Source of the DNA: the human T2T-CHM13v2.0 reference genome, Homo sapiens
Length of the DNA stretch: 64,000 nt
NCBI RefSeq assembly: GCF_009914755.1
Contig: NC_060943.1
Strand: one strand, 5' to 3'
The notes beneath the pieces were generated by a model. The model saw only the letters and a list, made by a program, of their open reading frames with translations. It made no database searches and had not been told where the DNA came from. The position numbers and the translations under genes are program-made. Numbering within the stretch: position 1 is the first letter of the stretch; every line of letters starts with the position of its first letter. This document shows positions 18,155-39,633 of this stretch, in pieces.

Positions 18155-18919
18155 GACAGCCTGGGAGAGGCTCAGACACGCCCAGGCCACAGCTCAGACC
18201 AAACTCCACCACAGGCCATCGGCCCACACAGTGGGCACAGCCGCATCCCAAGCCCCGGCCTTCCCGAGACCGCCCCCACGTGCCCCACGGCCACGGCCCA
18301 TGGAGACGCCATTCAGGCCACGCCTCGGGAGCCAGGAGCCCAGGCAATTAGAGGAACCAAATTCTAAACACCAACGAGACATTGCTTTGCCTCCCATCGG
18401 ATCAGCCGAAATCGCCAAGGACGATGACACTGGGAGCTGGCAGTGCCGTGGGAAACGGGCAGCCTCCCTCGGCCCCTGTCGGACAAGGCTCCCGCTGTAG
18501 CTGAGCTTTCTGGAAGGTGTCGCCATCGCTTCTAACAGTGAGCGGTGACTCCAGAAACCACGGGCATGGGCCTCAGCAGGGGCCTGGAGGCACCGATGGT
18601 GGAGAGGCCGGAAAGGGGTGGCCAACCGGCACGACAATCACCAAGCACGAGCGCCAACTCATCCCAGGCTCAGCCCCTAGCACACACGGTCATCACCCCA
18701 CTTCACAGACGGGACGCTGAAGCCCGGGGAAGTGACGGCCACACAGCACCTGAAGCGCGGAGCTGGGAGGGGGACATCGGCGGGACCAACTCTGGGGCTC
18801 CCCCTTAACCACTGCCTGGCGCTCGCCCTCTCTACAAACCGATACCAACATAGGGTGGGGAGACTCCAGATGACCAGAGATAAAAAGCAAGCAGTTCACA
18901 GAGTCATAAACGTGTGGCA

Positions 18920-19092
18920 TTTCTCACCAGGGCCGTCCTGCCCCCAGGGGACACTGAACGGTGTCTGGGTCACTTGTGGCTGTCACAACTGGCAGGTGCT
19001 CCTGGCATGGAGTGGGCAGAAGCCAGGGGCGTTGCTCAGCACCCCTAATTTCCTGACTCAAAATACCTCTGCCAAGGCACAGAAGCCCCAGT
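18920..19092. mobile_element. MER20 relic
   Basis: Homologous to 1241-1440. Confidence 0.7.
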
Positions 19093-20329
19093 GAGGCATG
19101 AAACCATCTCGGTGAAGAACAAGCAGGCCCCTTTATGTGCTCACGTCTCTGTGGCCCAGCCAGGCACAACCTAAACTCACCAGCGCTAACATCAGGAGGG
19201 ATGGCGTTGGAGGAGTGAGGCAACTCTGAATTTTAAACATTCAGAAGCAGTATATGGCCAGCTGGGGTCAGATTTCTGTGGATTTCAGGGATGGGCAGAG
19301 ATGCCAGACCCTGACCTTCCAGCCCTCCCCGGCCCCCCACCCCCACCCCCCCACTCCCCCGCTCTCCCACCCCACCACCATGCTCAGTCTGGAGCTGGCA
19401 ACTTTATCTGTCCCCGGTGCTCCCAGAGCCCCTGATAAGATGAATGGTCGCGGTGTGGTTTTCTTTTGGTCAGCGAGTCCTGGGCTACTTTGTCTCTGAC
19501 CAGCTGGGGTCAGAGGGCTGACAGCGGAAGTTGGGGGGCCCAAGAAAGGAACCCGGGCTGGGGCCTGGTGCCCTGCCTGGGTTCCTCCACCATGTCTCTT
19601 GCTGGCCAGGCCAGGACACCGGCTGCCCGCAAAGAAAGGGGCGAGGCCACTGGCTCTGGGGAAGGAACCGGGTCACCTACCAAGCGGTTCCAGATGGCCG
19701 CCGGGAGGGAAGCCACGAGTGTCTTTCAAGGCGGGGGGTGGGGGGGGGACTTGATGACTTCCACACTCTCTCTCTCTCCAGACATCTCCCCAACTCCCAG
19801 GCAGCACGCATCGCCCGCCCGCCCGCTTGCCCGCCTGCCAACCAAGGAAGCTTCGGGAGGCCTGGGGGGAGAAGGAGGACGGATGCCCGTGTGGGTGTCT
19901 ACAGAGACGCTGCTGCTGGCTGCCTGGGAGGAGCAGAGGATTTTGTGAATCCGGAAACTTCCGATTTGGGAGCTTGTGACCTCGACTGAGAAGGAACTGT
20001 TCCCTTCCTCTGGGCTCTGCACACCGTCCCCACAGAAGGGAAGGCCCAGCTGCCGCCACCTACCCGGCTGGAGGTCCAGGAAGCAGCTAAAGGGGGCATG
20101 AGACAGCCGTGCCCCCCGCCCAGCCCGCAGCCCCACCAGTGTGTCCTGGGGGAAGGCTCGGGGAGAGGAAAAGGGGGCGACAGGGCACCCTGTGTGCACA
20201 GCCGGGGCGGTGGAGGCATCTTGAGATGTAACCCTTTTCCTCCCCTCATTTTAGCAGGGAGGTAAACTGAGGCCCAGGAAGGTGAGGAAAGGTCGCGCAC
20301 CCGGACTCAGGTCTGGGGACTTACAGAAA

Positions 20330-21050
20330 GGGAGGTGACATCAGGAGGTGGGCACGCACGGCCTCAGAGACCCCCGCCTCCACCCAAGCAGCCGCCACTC
20401 ACACGACGGGCAGCCCCTGGGAGCGGGTCAGGCAGAACGGGGATCCCCAGCGGCGCCCACGCCGAGTCGCCCCCGGCCCGGGAGCGGTGGGAGGTAGCCC
20501 CTCGCAGGCCTCCCGCTTCCCGGCGCGGCTTCAGCCCCGTCCTCCCCGCGGCTCCAGGGGACTGCCCCGCCCCAGGCTCCTGGAACCGGCGGCGCCCCCG
20601 CAGCGACCGTGCAGCCCCCGCCCCGGCCCCGCAGCCCCGCGACTCTCGGCGCTCGGACGAGCCCAGCGGGCCGCAGCCCCGGGAGGCCGGGCCGTTACCT
20701 GCCGCCGCCCCGCTCTCTGCCGCCCACGCCGCCTCCGAGGGCACGGCCCCCGCCTCAGCGCTCTCCGCCTCGTCCGGTACCTCCAGCTCCATGGCCGCGC
20801 GCGGACGGCGGCGGGGGCGCCCGAGGGGGACCCGAGCTGCGACCGCCGCCGCCGAACAACAAGCGCCGCCGGCCAAGGGAGGGCGCGCCGGGCCGGCGCG
20901 GGGCGGACGGGGCGGGGCCTGCGTGCGTGCGACGCCGCGGACGGCGCGCGGCCAATCGGGGCTCGGGGGCGGGGCCTGCTTGCGACCCGCAGCCAGGAGC
21001 GCCTCGAGTGCCCCCTCGCGCCCAGGGGTGGGAGTACAGAGCCAGGCTCG
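20330..21050 (-). promoter_or_regulatory. PIP5K1C: CpG island / TATA-less promoter and 5' UTR of PIP5K1C
   Basis: Extreme CpG density; GC boxes GGGGCGGGGC at 20909-20918 and 20966-20975; CCAAT at 20952-20956. Confidence 0.92.
20699..20792 (-). CDS. PIP5K1C: PIP5K1C coding exon 1 (phosphatidylinositol-4-phosphate 5-kinase type I gamma), MELEVPDEAESAEAGAVPSEAAWAAESGAAA + phase-1 G
   Basis: Kozak GCCATGG at 20792 (minus); peptide recognised as the PIPKI-gamma N-terminus; donor GCAG|GTAAC at 20698; lies in a CpG island. Confidence 0.97.
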
Positions 21051-21096
21051 CCATTCCATCGTATTAGGTCAGTAAGATTGACAGGCACGATACGTA

Positions 21097-22450
<1,354 letters not shown>

Positions 22451-22636
22451 GCAATTAACTACCTGTTTATTATCATATTGCAAATAATATTTATATTCCA
22501 TCGTTTGTATTACGTAAGTATAGATATGTTATTGTTTTCTTTATATTATTTTATCAATAATAATACAGTTTGCTATTATAAGAAACATATAATTATAGAA
22601 ATACATAATAAATTATATATATTTATGCAAATGTAA

Positions 22637-22780
<144 letters not shown>

Positions 22781-23434
22781 TAACTAGGACTACAGGTACG
22801 TGCCACCACGCCCGGCTAATTTTTGTATTTTTAGTAGAGATGAGGTTTCGCCATGTTGGCCAGGCTGGTCTTGAACGCCTGACCTCGTGATCTTCCCGCC
22901 TCAGCTTCCCAAAGTGCTGGGATTACAGGTGTGAGCCACTGCGCCCGGCCATATTTATGTTCTTTATATAAGCACATAATAAGGCTTATGTTGTTTATGT
23001 TAATTTAAGTAATAACGTTTATATTATTTACATAAATGTAAATCATAATGATTATATTACCTATGCACATAAATAATGTTTGGGGTGGGCACAGAGGCTC
23101 CCGCCTGTAATTCCAGCACTTTGGGAGGCCAAGGCAGGAGGATTACTTGAGCTCAGGAGTTCTAGACCAGCCTGGGTAACATAGTGAGCCCTCTCATCTC
23201 TACAAAAAAAATTTTTTTAATTAGCTAGGTGTAGTGAGACCCCTCATCTTTACAAAAAAAATTGTTTTTTAATTAGCCAGCTACTTAGTAGGCTAAGGTG
23301 GGAGGACTGCTTGAGCCCGGGAACTCAAGGCTGCAGTGAGCTATGATCGCACCACTGCACTCTGGCCTGGGCAACAGAGAAAGACCCCGTCTGTCCCCGC
23401 AAAAAAAAAAAACAAACAAAAAAAACAAAAAGAC

Positions 23435-24565
<1,131 letters not shown>

Positions 24566-24724
24566 TGATCTGCCCACCTCGGCCTCCCAAAGTGTGAGGA
24601 TTACAGGCGTCAGCCACTGCAGGCGGCCTTGACCATTTTAAGGCTCCAGGAAGAGTTCTTTGGACGCAGGTCATGGACAGAGCTCCTGATTCACCCAGAA
24701 TCTGTTTTGAAAAAAGATTTAGAC

Positions 24725-25990
<1,266 letters not shown>

Positions 25991-26244
25991 AGTGCTGGAG
26001 GTTAGATCATTGATGAGGATAATGAAGAGGAAATATACTTAAAAAAAATTACTAAAACTGGCTGAACAGTCATGACTTACAGACGCAAAAGTCAACATCA
26101 AAACAAGCAGTTAAAAGCAGCCTCTTGGCCGGGCGCGGTGGGTCACGCCTGTAATCCCAGCACTTTGGGAGGCAGAGGTGGGTGGATCACCTGAGGTCAG
26201 GAGTTTGAGACCAGCCTGGCCAACATGATGAAACCCCACCTCTA

Positions 26245-26442
<198 letters not shown>

Positions 26443-26639
26443 TTAAAAAAAAGAAAACTAGGGCAGGGATGGGGTGACAGGAGGGGAGAGGCAAGGGACA
26501 GAGAGGAGGGGCTGGGGTCCGGGAGAGCCACCAGCCTTCTGTGCCTTCCCCGCATCCCCCCACGCCCCTGGTTGGCTGTCCCCATTACGCAGGGTGGAAA
26601 ACCGAGGCTGCCCGGCGGGGGCCGGTTGCGTGGTTTCTG

Positions 26640-26653
26640 GCGCCGCCTGGTGG
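26640..26653 (-). promoter_or_regulatory. Candidate CTCF site between the PIP5K1C and TJP3 promoters
   Basis: Minus-strand GGCCACCAGGCGGCGCC matches the CTCF core; lies in a small CpG-rich unique island. Confidence 0.6.
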
Positions 26654-26770
26654 CCATAGTGGCTACTACCGTCAGCAGGAGGTACTGCAGGCTGGAGGGA
26701 CCCTAGTCCATTCATTCCAAAAACATGTATTGAGCACCTACTGTGTACCAGGCACTGTGCTAGGCCATAG

Positions 26771-27115
<345 letters not shown>

Positions 27116-27460
27116 TGAGCCCAGACTTAATTTTTTAAATTTTAATTTTAATGTACTGGTAAAGATGGGGGGGTGTCTCACTATGTTGCCCAGACTGGTC
27201 TCGAATTCCTGGCCTCAAGTGATCCTGCCACCTTGGCCTCCAAAGTACTGAGATTATAGGTGTGAGCCATCATGCCCAACCCTTCCTGGTTAATTTTATT
27301 TTATTGAGATAGGATCTTGCTCTGTCACCCAGGTTGGAGTGCAGTGGCACAGTCATAGCTCTCTGCAGCCTCAACCTCCCAGGGTCAATTGATCCTCCCA
27401 CCTCAGCCTCCTGAGTTTCTGGGACTACAGGTGTGTACCACCACATCTGGCTAATTTTTA

Positions 27461-27860
<400 letters not shown>

Positions 27861-27907
27861 TCACGCCTGTAATCCCAACACTTTGGGAGGCCGAGGCGGG
27901 CAGATCA

Positions 27908-28180
<273 letters not shown>

Positions 28181-28659
28181 TCACCGTGTTACCCAGGCTG
28201 GTCTCAAATTCCCAGGCTCAAGTGATCCTCCCACCTCGGCCTCCCAAAGTGCTGGAATTACAGGTGTGAGCCACCACACCTGACCCTTTCTTGTTTTTTA
28301 GATGAGGACAGCAAGAAGCCCCTGTAATTTGCCCAAAGCCACACAGCGGGGAAGTGGCAGAAGCTTCTGTACGTAGGAACCCAGTCACTTCGTAGCAGAG
28401 AGGCAGACTGCGCACAGATCTGCGTGGGGAAGGGAGTGCGCCAAGCCACAGCCTGATGGGCCGGCGTGCCTGGCAGGAGGCTCAGCAAGCACAGAGACTG
28501 GGCAGCTCCAGATGCAAGAAGCAGGAGGGAGGGGGACTCCGGGAGTGCGGTCCATTCATGTCTGAATGTAGCCAACGAGGGTTTCCTAAGCACCTACCAT
28601 GTGCGGACGCTTGATACCAGGGCCTCGGCGGTGAGGGCACAGGCAGGAGCAAGCTCACC

Positions 28660-29360
28660 TCTGGGCAAGCAGGGGTTAAGGCCAGTTGCTCCCACGTGAG
28701 GGCACCTTGCGACAGAGCCACACACCCAGTCCTCCTGCTGGCCCGCCCCTCACCCTGGTCCGTCTCCCTGTGTCTGTGGTCGTCAGTTCCACTGGCAGGG
28801 GACCTGCCTCCCTGTTGCCACCACAAGAGAGGAAAAGTTGGTCAAACAGGTGGGGAGGCCAGAGCTACAAGCCTCGGGTTCCCTCCCCACCACCCGTGCC
28901 AGGCAGGCACCCGGGCCCTGGCACCTGCTGCCTGCCCAGAGGCCACCCAGCCTCCTAGACAGGTAAGTCCCCCGCCCCACTGTGCTTTTCCACCCAGTGT
29001 GCATTGTCTGAGCTGGCCTTCCCCAGCTGAGGGTCCTTAGACTCCCCCCCAACCTCCCCCACCACGAGCTGTCTCCCCGGCTCCTCGGAAAGCAGGAAAC
29101 TGACACTCCTGCGTGGGCATCTGACATAGTTTCGTAGGGATTATCTGACCGGCAGTTACTGCACCTGGCGGCCTGCCCAGGACGCTGAGCTGGAAACTTA
29201 AAAGGGTCATTGTTACCTAGGTGGCGCAGGGACCGGGGAGGCGGCAAAGGGGCACAGGTTGGTCTCTGATCCCCCTAACTGAGGAGGGGAGGGGATATCA
29301 GTCCAGACGGAGCCTGGGTTTACCTCCTGCAGCCCGAGGCTAGGAGGTGACAGGTGGGAA
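28660..29360 (+). promoter_or_regulatory. TJP3: TJP3 distal promoter and first-intron regulatory region with ZEB/SNAIL-type E-boxes
   Basis: CAGGTG/CACCTG at 28847, 28922, 29162, 29351; CACGTG at ~28693; unique sequence between Alu clusters. Confidence 0.6.
28785..28962 (+). other. TJP3: TJP3 non-coding first exon (distal promoter)
   Basis: Inr-like TCAGTTC at 28783-28789 after a GC box (GCCCGCCCC ~28741); consensus donor CAG|GTAAGT at 28962/28963; would splice to the acceptor at 48815. Start is approximate. Confidence 0.75.
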
Positions 29361-30287
29361 AGGCTGCGACCTCACTCATCTCTGAGCCTCCTGGAACTTC
29401 TTAAAAGGCTCCCAAGTTTTGAAACAACTGCGTCTCCCGCCCCCCAACCCCTCACCCTGTTCTCACCGCTGGAACCTCCAGGAGCTTTGCAGGGAGGGAT
29501 TGGGGTGGCCTTTCTTTTGCTAATTTTTTTTTTGAGACGGAGTTTTGCTCTTGTTGCCCAGGCTGGAGTGCAGTGGTGCGATCTTGGCTCACTGCAACCT
29601 CTGCCTCCACCTCTGCCTCCCGAGTAGCTGGGATTACAAGCGCCCACCACTATGCCCAGCTAATTTTTGTATTTTTAGTAGAGATGGGGTTTCACCATGT
29701 TGGCCAGGCTGGTCTCGAACTCCTGACCTCAGGTGATCCAACCCCCTCGGCCTCCCAAAGTGCTGGGATTACAGGCGCAAGCCACTGCGCCCAGACTTCT
29801 TTTTCTAATCTTTACTCCTCCGAGCAAAATCTCTGTGGGATGGGGCAGAGGGGAAGGAGGAAGGAGCGCTCAGAGCCAGAGAGGGGAGGGGTCGGCAGCA
29901 AAAGTGTTTTTCTGGGTCATTTGCTCCCAAATGGGAAGACCAAGGGAGCTTCCTCGTGAGCCAAGTGTCCGATTGCATCTCAAGTCTCTCTCCAGAACCA
30001 AGAGGGTCCCCCGGGGCCGAGGAGGCATGGATGATCGCATAGTGGGGGACAGAGCGGCCCGGCATTTGGGGTCACCTTGTGGCTGTGTGGCTGCAGAGCT
30101 CCCAGGGAGCAGGCTTGCTTGAGATTCGGGAGTCCGTGGGGGTGGGCGACATGGATCCCACCTTGCCTGGGTTTTGAGAGCAAACCCGTGGACTCAGTTA
30201 GATCTGGCTTCCACACCTCCCTTCTCTCCGGGCCTCTGTTTCCTGCTCTGTAAAATGGGGATATTGAGGGCCGGGCGCGGTGGCTCA

Positions 30288-30657
<370 letters not shown>

Positions 30658-31296
30658 TCAAGACGAGCTATCCCGGTCCGAATCGGAGTCTGGTCTCATC
30701 AGCTTCCTGGTTTGTAGAGGATGAACCCTGGCTCAGAGAAGGACAGCCGCTTACCCCGGGCCGCACAGCCAAGTAGAAATGTCAGGCGGCCAAGAGTCAA
30801 GACGCAGAGGACAGGGAGCTGGTGGCGGGGGTGGTGCTCTGGAGGCTGGCCCTGCCCCCAGCTGATGCCTCAGGCTCAGCATCTCGAGAAAGTCCTGCCC
30901 CCTGGCTTGGTGCTTCCTCGTGGCCCTGAGTCCCGGGGAAAGTCCAGGGCAGGGAGTATGGGTACTTGTTCTTCCTCTTTAGGGCTGGCCAGGGGCCAGG
31001 GGAGCTGTGTTTGCTCAGGGTGGAACCTGACACCCTTTGGAATGGATTGAGGTTAGCGGAAGCCTAGGCTGGGGGGAGGGGTCGCCCAGGGAGCGAACGG
31101 GCATTTATTGTGCACTTACTGTATGCGCGAGTGTGGGGTCACCAGGCCTTGGAGATTCAGCAGTGAGCAAGGCAGGCCAAGCTTCCTGCTCTCGTGGGGC
31201 GCATATTTTGGTGGGGAAAGACAGACATGAAACAAGAGCGCAGTAATGGAGCCAATGGCTGCACAGAGGGTAACATGCGTGAGAGGCGCTTTGTAA

Positions 31297-31509
<213 letters not shown>

Positions 31510-32388
31510 TAGCCAAGATGGTCTCTCCTGACCTTGTGATCCGCCCACCTCAGCCTCCCAAAGTGCTGGGATTACAGGCGTGAGCCACCATGCCCGGCCT
31601 TATTTTATTTTTTTTTGAGATGGAGTCTCGCTCTGTTGCCCAGGCTGGAGTGCAGTGGAACGATCTCCGCTCGCTGCAACCTCCACCTCCTGGGTTCAAA
31701 GCGATTCTCCTGTCTCAGCCTCCCAAGTAGCTGGGATTACAGGCGCCCACCACCACGCCCAGCTAATTTTTGTATTTTTAGTAGAGACAGGGTTTCACCG
31801 TATTGGTCAGGCTGGTCTCGAACTCCTGATCTCAGGTGATTCGCTCGCCTCGGCCTCCCAAAGTGCTGGGATTACAGGCGTGAGCCACCGCGTCCGGCCA
31901 AAATGAAGGGAGAGCTTTAAATGCTGGCCTGAAGACATTTGGCTTTATGATATTAAAGGATATTTTTTCCCAAAATAGTAAAATCATTACTCTCATACAA
32001 ATACAAAATGAGGCCGGATGCGGTGGCTCACGCCTGTAATCCCAGCACTTTGGGAGGCCGAGACGGGTGGATCACGAGGTCAGGAGTTCAAGACCAGCCT
32101 GGCTAACATGGTGAAACCCTGTCTCTACTAAAAGTACAAAAAAAAAAAAAAAGGTGCTTTATGTGTCTGCTTAATTCATTAATTAATATGGGAACCGGTA
32201 AGACTTTATAGCCTATACAGAGGGGAATTAATTTGTTTCCTTTCTTTCTTTTTTTTAAAAATTGAAAATAGAAATGGGGTTTTGCTGTGTTGGCCGGCCT
32301 GGTCTCGAGCTTCTGGGCTCAAGTGATCTGCCAGCCTCAGCCACTCAAAGTGCTGGGATTTCAAGCGAGAGCCACCGACCCGGCCTCA

Positions 32389-32890
<502 letters not shown>

Positions 32891-33441
32891 TTAAACCTTT
32901 GAGCCTTCCCTGAAATACTGCTCAGGGTCAAAACCGGGATCCCCGTTTTACAGATGAGGAAGCTGAGGCAGGGGCTGGAATTCACATGGGCTCTGCTTTT
33001 CTCTCTCTGCTGTGGAACTTCCTTCTAGAGCTCAGCCGTCCTCCCTTTTGGGGGAAATGGCATCTTTGGCATGGCTTGGTGGCTCCCGCCTGGAATCCCA
33101 ACATTTTGGGAGGCCGAGGTGGGAGGATCGCATGAGCCCAGCAGTTCAAGACAGGTCCGGGCAACATAGCGAGATACCGTCTCTACAAAATATACAAAAA
33201 TCTGCTGGGCAGGGTGGCGTGCACCTGTGGCCCCAGCTACACAGGAGGCTGGGGTGGGAGGATCGCTTGAGCCCAGGAAAGTGGAGGCTGCAGTGAGCTA
33301 TGATTGCACCACTGCACTCCAGCCTAGGTGACAGAGCAAGACTCTGTCTCAAAAAAAAAAAAAAGAAAAGAAAAGAAAGTCCCCTGTTGAACACCCTGAG
33401 CTGCATTCCATACTCCAAGCTTCTAGCAGGTTCCACACTCC

Positions 33442-33493
33442 TCCTACTTCAAAGTGCCCCCCATGAGTCCTACTTCAAAGTGCCCCCCATGAG
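33442..33493 (+). repeat. Perfect 26-bp tandem duplication
   Basis: TCCTACTTCAAAGTGCCCCCCATGAG x2. Confidence 0.92.
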
Positions 33494-33734
33494 GTCCTCC
33501 AGCCTCCCCAGGACGCCAAACCCTGAGACGTTCTTCAGCCCTCCAGTGCCTTAGGGCTGAGCCGGCCACACCTAGAATCTGCCCTTCCTCAAAGGTCGTT
33601 TGGATCTTGGCAACCCACAGACCGGGGCGTCTCCTCCCACCTGGCTGCCCTCCATCTCTGCTCTCTGTCTCTGCTCCTGCCCCGTCCTCTCCACACGGCT
33701 TCCTTAAAACCTCCCAGGGTCCCCCAAAACCCAT

Positions 33735-34105
33735 GACGCCAGTCTAGTCATGAGGGAAACAGCTGGTCCCCAATGTCCCCACATTGAGAGTTATTCTGCA
33801 AAAGACCTGCCCAGCACAGACTAACAGGTCACAGAACAGGAAAGACAGAATCGGTCACAGCCCAGCGGTGTCTAAGGAGACGTGACAGCCAACTACCAGG
33901 TGGGATCCTGGATGGGGCCCTGGGGCGGCAAAGGGCCTGCGGAGAGACGTGAATAAAGTGTGGAGTTCAGTGAACAAGGTTGTACTGATGTTGACTTCTT
34001 GGTTTTGACATATGTACCCGTGTAATAATGTTAATGTTAGTGGAAATCAGTTGGGTGTATAAAGGAATTCTCTGTGTATTTACTTTTCTGTAACTTTAAA
34101 ATTAT
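33735..34105 (+). mobile_element. L1MC-like 3' UTR fragment
   Basis: TGGGATCCTGGATGGG..CTGG...GAATAAAGTGTGGAGTT...GGAATTCTCTGT. Confidence 0.6.
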
Positions 34106-35010
34106 TATTATTATTTATTTATTTCTTTTTTTGAGACAGAGTCTCGCTCTGTCGCCCAGGCTCTGGAGTGCAGTGGCACGATCTCGGCTCACTGCAACCT
34201 CCGCCTCCCAGGTTGAAGTGATTCTCCTGCCTCAGCCTCCCGAGTAGCTGGGACTACAGGCGCCCGCCAACATGCCCAGCTAATTTTTTTTTTTTTTTTG
34301 TATTTTTAGTAGAGACGGAGTTTCACCGTGTTGGCCAGGATGGTCTCCATCTCTTGACCTCGTGATCCACCTGTCTCGGCCTCCCAAAGTGCTGGGATTA
34401 CAGGGGTGAACCACCACGCCCGGCCTATTATTATTACTATTATTTAATTTCTTTGTTGTTGTTTTGAGACAGAGTCTCTCTCTGTCACCCAGGCTGGCTG
34501 GAGTGCAGTGGCGCAATCTTGGCTCACTGCAACCTCTGCCTCCCGGTTCAAGAGATTCTCCTGCCTCAGCCTCCTGAGTAGCAGGGATTACAGCAGCCCG
34601 CCGCCACACCCGGCTAATTTTTGTATTTTTAGTAGAGACAGGGTTTCATCATCTTGGCCTGGTTGGTCTCAAACTCCTGACCTCATGATCCTGCCTCAGC
34701 CCCCTGAGTAGCTGGGATTACAGGCACGTGCCACTACGCTTGGCTAATTTTAGTATTTTTAGTAGAGACAGGGTTTCACCATCTTGGCCAGGCTGGTCTC
34801 AAACTCCCGACCTCGTGATCCACCCGCGTTGGCCTCCCAAAGTGCTGGGATTACAGATGTGAGCCACCGCGCCCAGCCCGTTCTTTTAGTATTTATTGAG
34901 CACGTACTGCATACACAGTGATGGGGCTGCAGAAGAACTGATTGACAGACACAGTGGAAGCCCACAGTCTTTAGGGGAGACAGACAATAATTGAATAATC
35001 GCATATGTAA

Positions 35011-35280
<270 letters not shown>

Positions 35281-35375
35281 TGAACGCTGGTTCCCAATCA
35301 CACGTCATATACTTGGCTTGCAACAGTTTTGTTGACTGAGTGACTGAATGCACAGAAGAATTAAGGCACAAATGA

Positions 35376-35771
<396 letters not shown>

Positions 35772-36199
35772 TGAGCCACCGCGCCCGGCCAAAAGCAGGT
35801 TTTTAATTCATTAAGGTGATCCGAAGGTCAGGGGTGGTGGGAATAAGGGGCTTAAGGCTATGCCCATCTCCAAAGCCTTGGATTTGAACCCAGGTTTGGA
35901 GGATGGTACTAGGGAGCCATCGAGTGTTCTTGAGCAGGGCATGGATATGAGAGCAGACGGTGGGTGGTTGGAGGAAGACAATGTGTCCTGGTGCAGTTAT
36001 CCAGCTTCCTCTCTTAGAGGGGTTGACAGTGGGATTTCTCTGCGTTGCCCATTGACATTTGGGGCCAGATCCTTCTCTGGGATGGGGCCATTCTGGGCAA
36101 TGCAGGGTGCTTAGCAGTATCCCTGGCCTCCACTCACTCATGCCAGGAGAACCTTCCAGGTTTATTTTTTTATTGTTTCATTTTATTTTATTTTTTTGA

Positions 36200-36652
<453 letters not shown>

Positions 36653-37153
36653 TGAGTAGAGACGGGGTTTCACCCTGTTGGCCAGGCTGCTCTCGAACTA
36701 TTGACCTCAAGTGATCCGCCCATCTCAGCCTCTCAAAGTGCTGGAATTACAGGTGTGAGTCACCGCGCTCGGCCTGGTATTGAACACCAAAATGTCTCAA
36801 GACGTTGCCAAGGGTCCCCCTCTGGTGAGAGGCACTGGCTTGGAGTTCGAGGTGCAGGGGCAAACAGAGCTGCAGCCAAATCCCTCAGGCCAGCTCACCA
36901 TCTGGCCTCAGTTTTCTCAGCTGCAAAGTGGGCGCACGAGTGTTGTGTGTAACTGGGGCTGCAGCCAAGCATATGCCAGTAAACATGGCCCGGGAGCCCC
37001 ATTCACTGCTAGGACTTTAACCCACTTATTTCTTTATTTATTTTTGAGACAGCGTCTAGCTCTGTCACCCAGGCTGGAGTGCAAGGGCAAGATCATGGAT
37101 CACTGCAGCCTCGACCTCCTGGGCTCAAATGATCCTCCCACTTCAGCGCCTAG

Positions 37154-37802
<649 letters not shown>

Positions 37803-37807
37803 TAGCT

Positions 37808-37838
<31 letters not shown>

Positions 37839-38024
37839 ATTTTTTTTTGAAACATAGTGTTGTGCTGTCTGCCCTGTCACCCAGGCTGGAGTGCAGTGGC
37901 GTGATCTCAGCTCACTGCAACCGCCGCCTCCCAGGGTCAAGTGATTCTCTTGCCTCAGCCTCCTGAGTAGCTGGGATTACAGGCGCCTGCCACCATCCTT
38001 GGCTAATTTTTCGTATTTTTGTAG

Positions 38025-38321
<297 letters not shown>

Positions 38322-38433
38322 TAAAAAAAAAAAAAAAAAGGCCGGGCACGATGGCTCACGCCTATAATCCCAGCACTTAGGGAGGCCGAGGGGGGCGGAT
38401 CACAAGGTCAGGAGTTTGAGACCATCCTGGCTA

Positions 38434-38595
<162 letters not shown>

Positions 38596-38613
38596 TCAAA
38601 AAAAAAAAAAAAA

Positions 38614-38615
<2 letters not shown>

Positions 38616-38657
<42 letters not shown>
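38616..38657 (+). repeat. (GT)21 microsatellite fused to an Alu poly(A) tail
   Basis: Direct reading. Confidence 0.95.
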
Positions 38658-38661
<4 letters not shown>

Positions 38662-38813
38662 ATGGAAGTCTCACTCTGTTACTCAGGCTGGTCTCTCCTG
38701 GCCTCAAGAGATCCTCCCGCCTCGGCCTTCCAAAGTGCTGGGACTACAAGCGTGAGCCACTGTTCCTGGCCAAGCCTCTTATTTTAAAGACGCTGAAGTC
38801 AGAAAGCCTGTAG

Positions 38814-39463
<650 letters not shown>

Positions 39464-39619
39464 TCAGGAGGCTGAGGCATGAGAATGGTGTGAACCCCGC
39501 AGGCGGAGCTTGCAGTGAGCCGAGACTGCGCCCGGCACTCCAACCTGGGTGACAGAATGAGTGTCCGTCTTGGGGGGTGGTGGACATCGCTGGACCTTAA
39601 TCATCTAAAATGATTTTTT

Positions 39620-39633
39620 GCGCCACCTGCTGG
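39620..39633 (-). promoter_or_regulatory. Candidate CTCF site in TJP3 intron 1
   Basis: Minus-strand CCAGCAGGTGGCGC is a near-consensus CTCF core. Confidence 0.65.
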
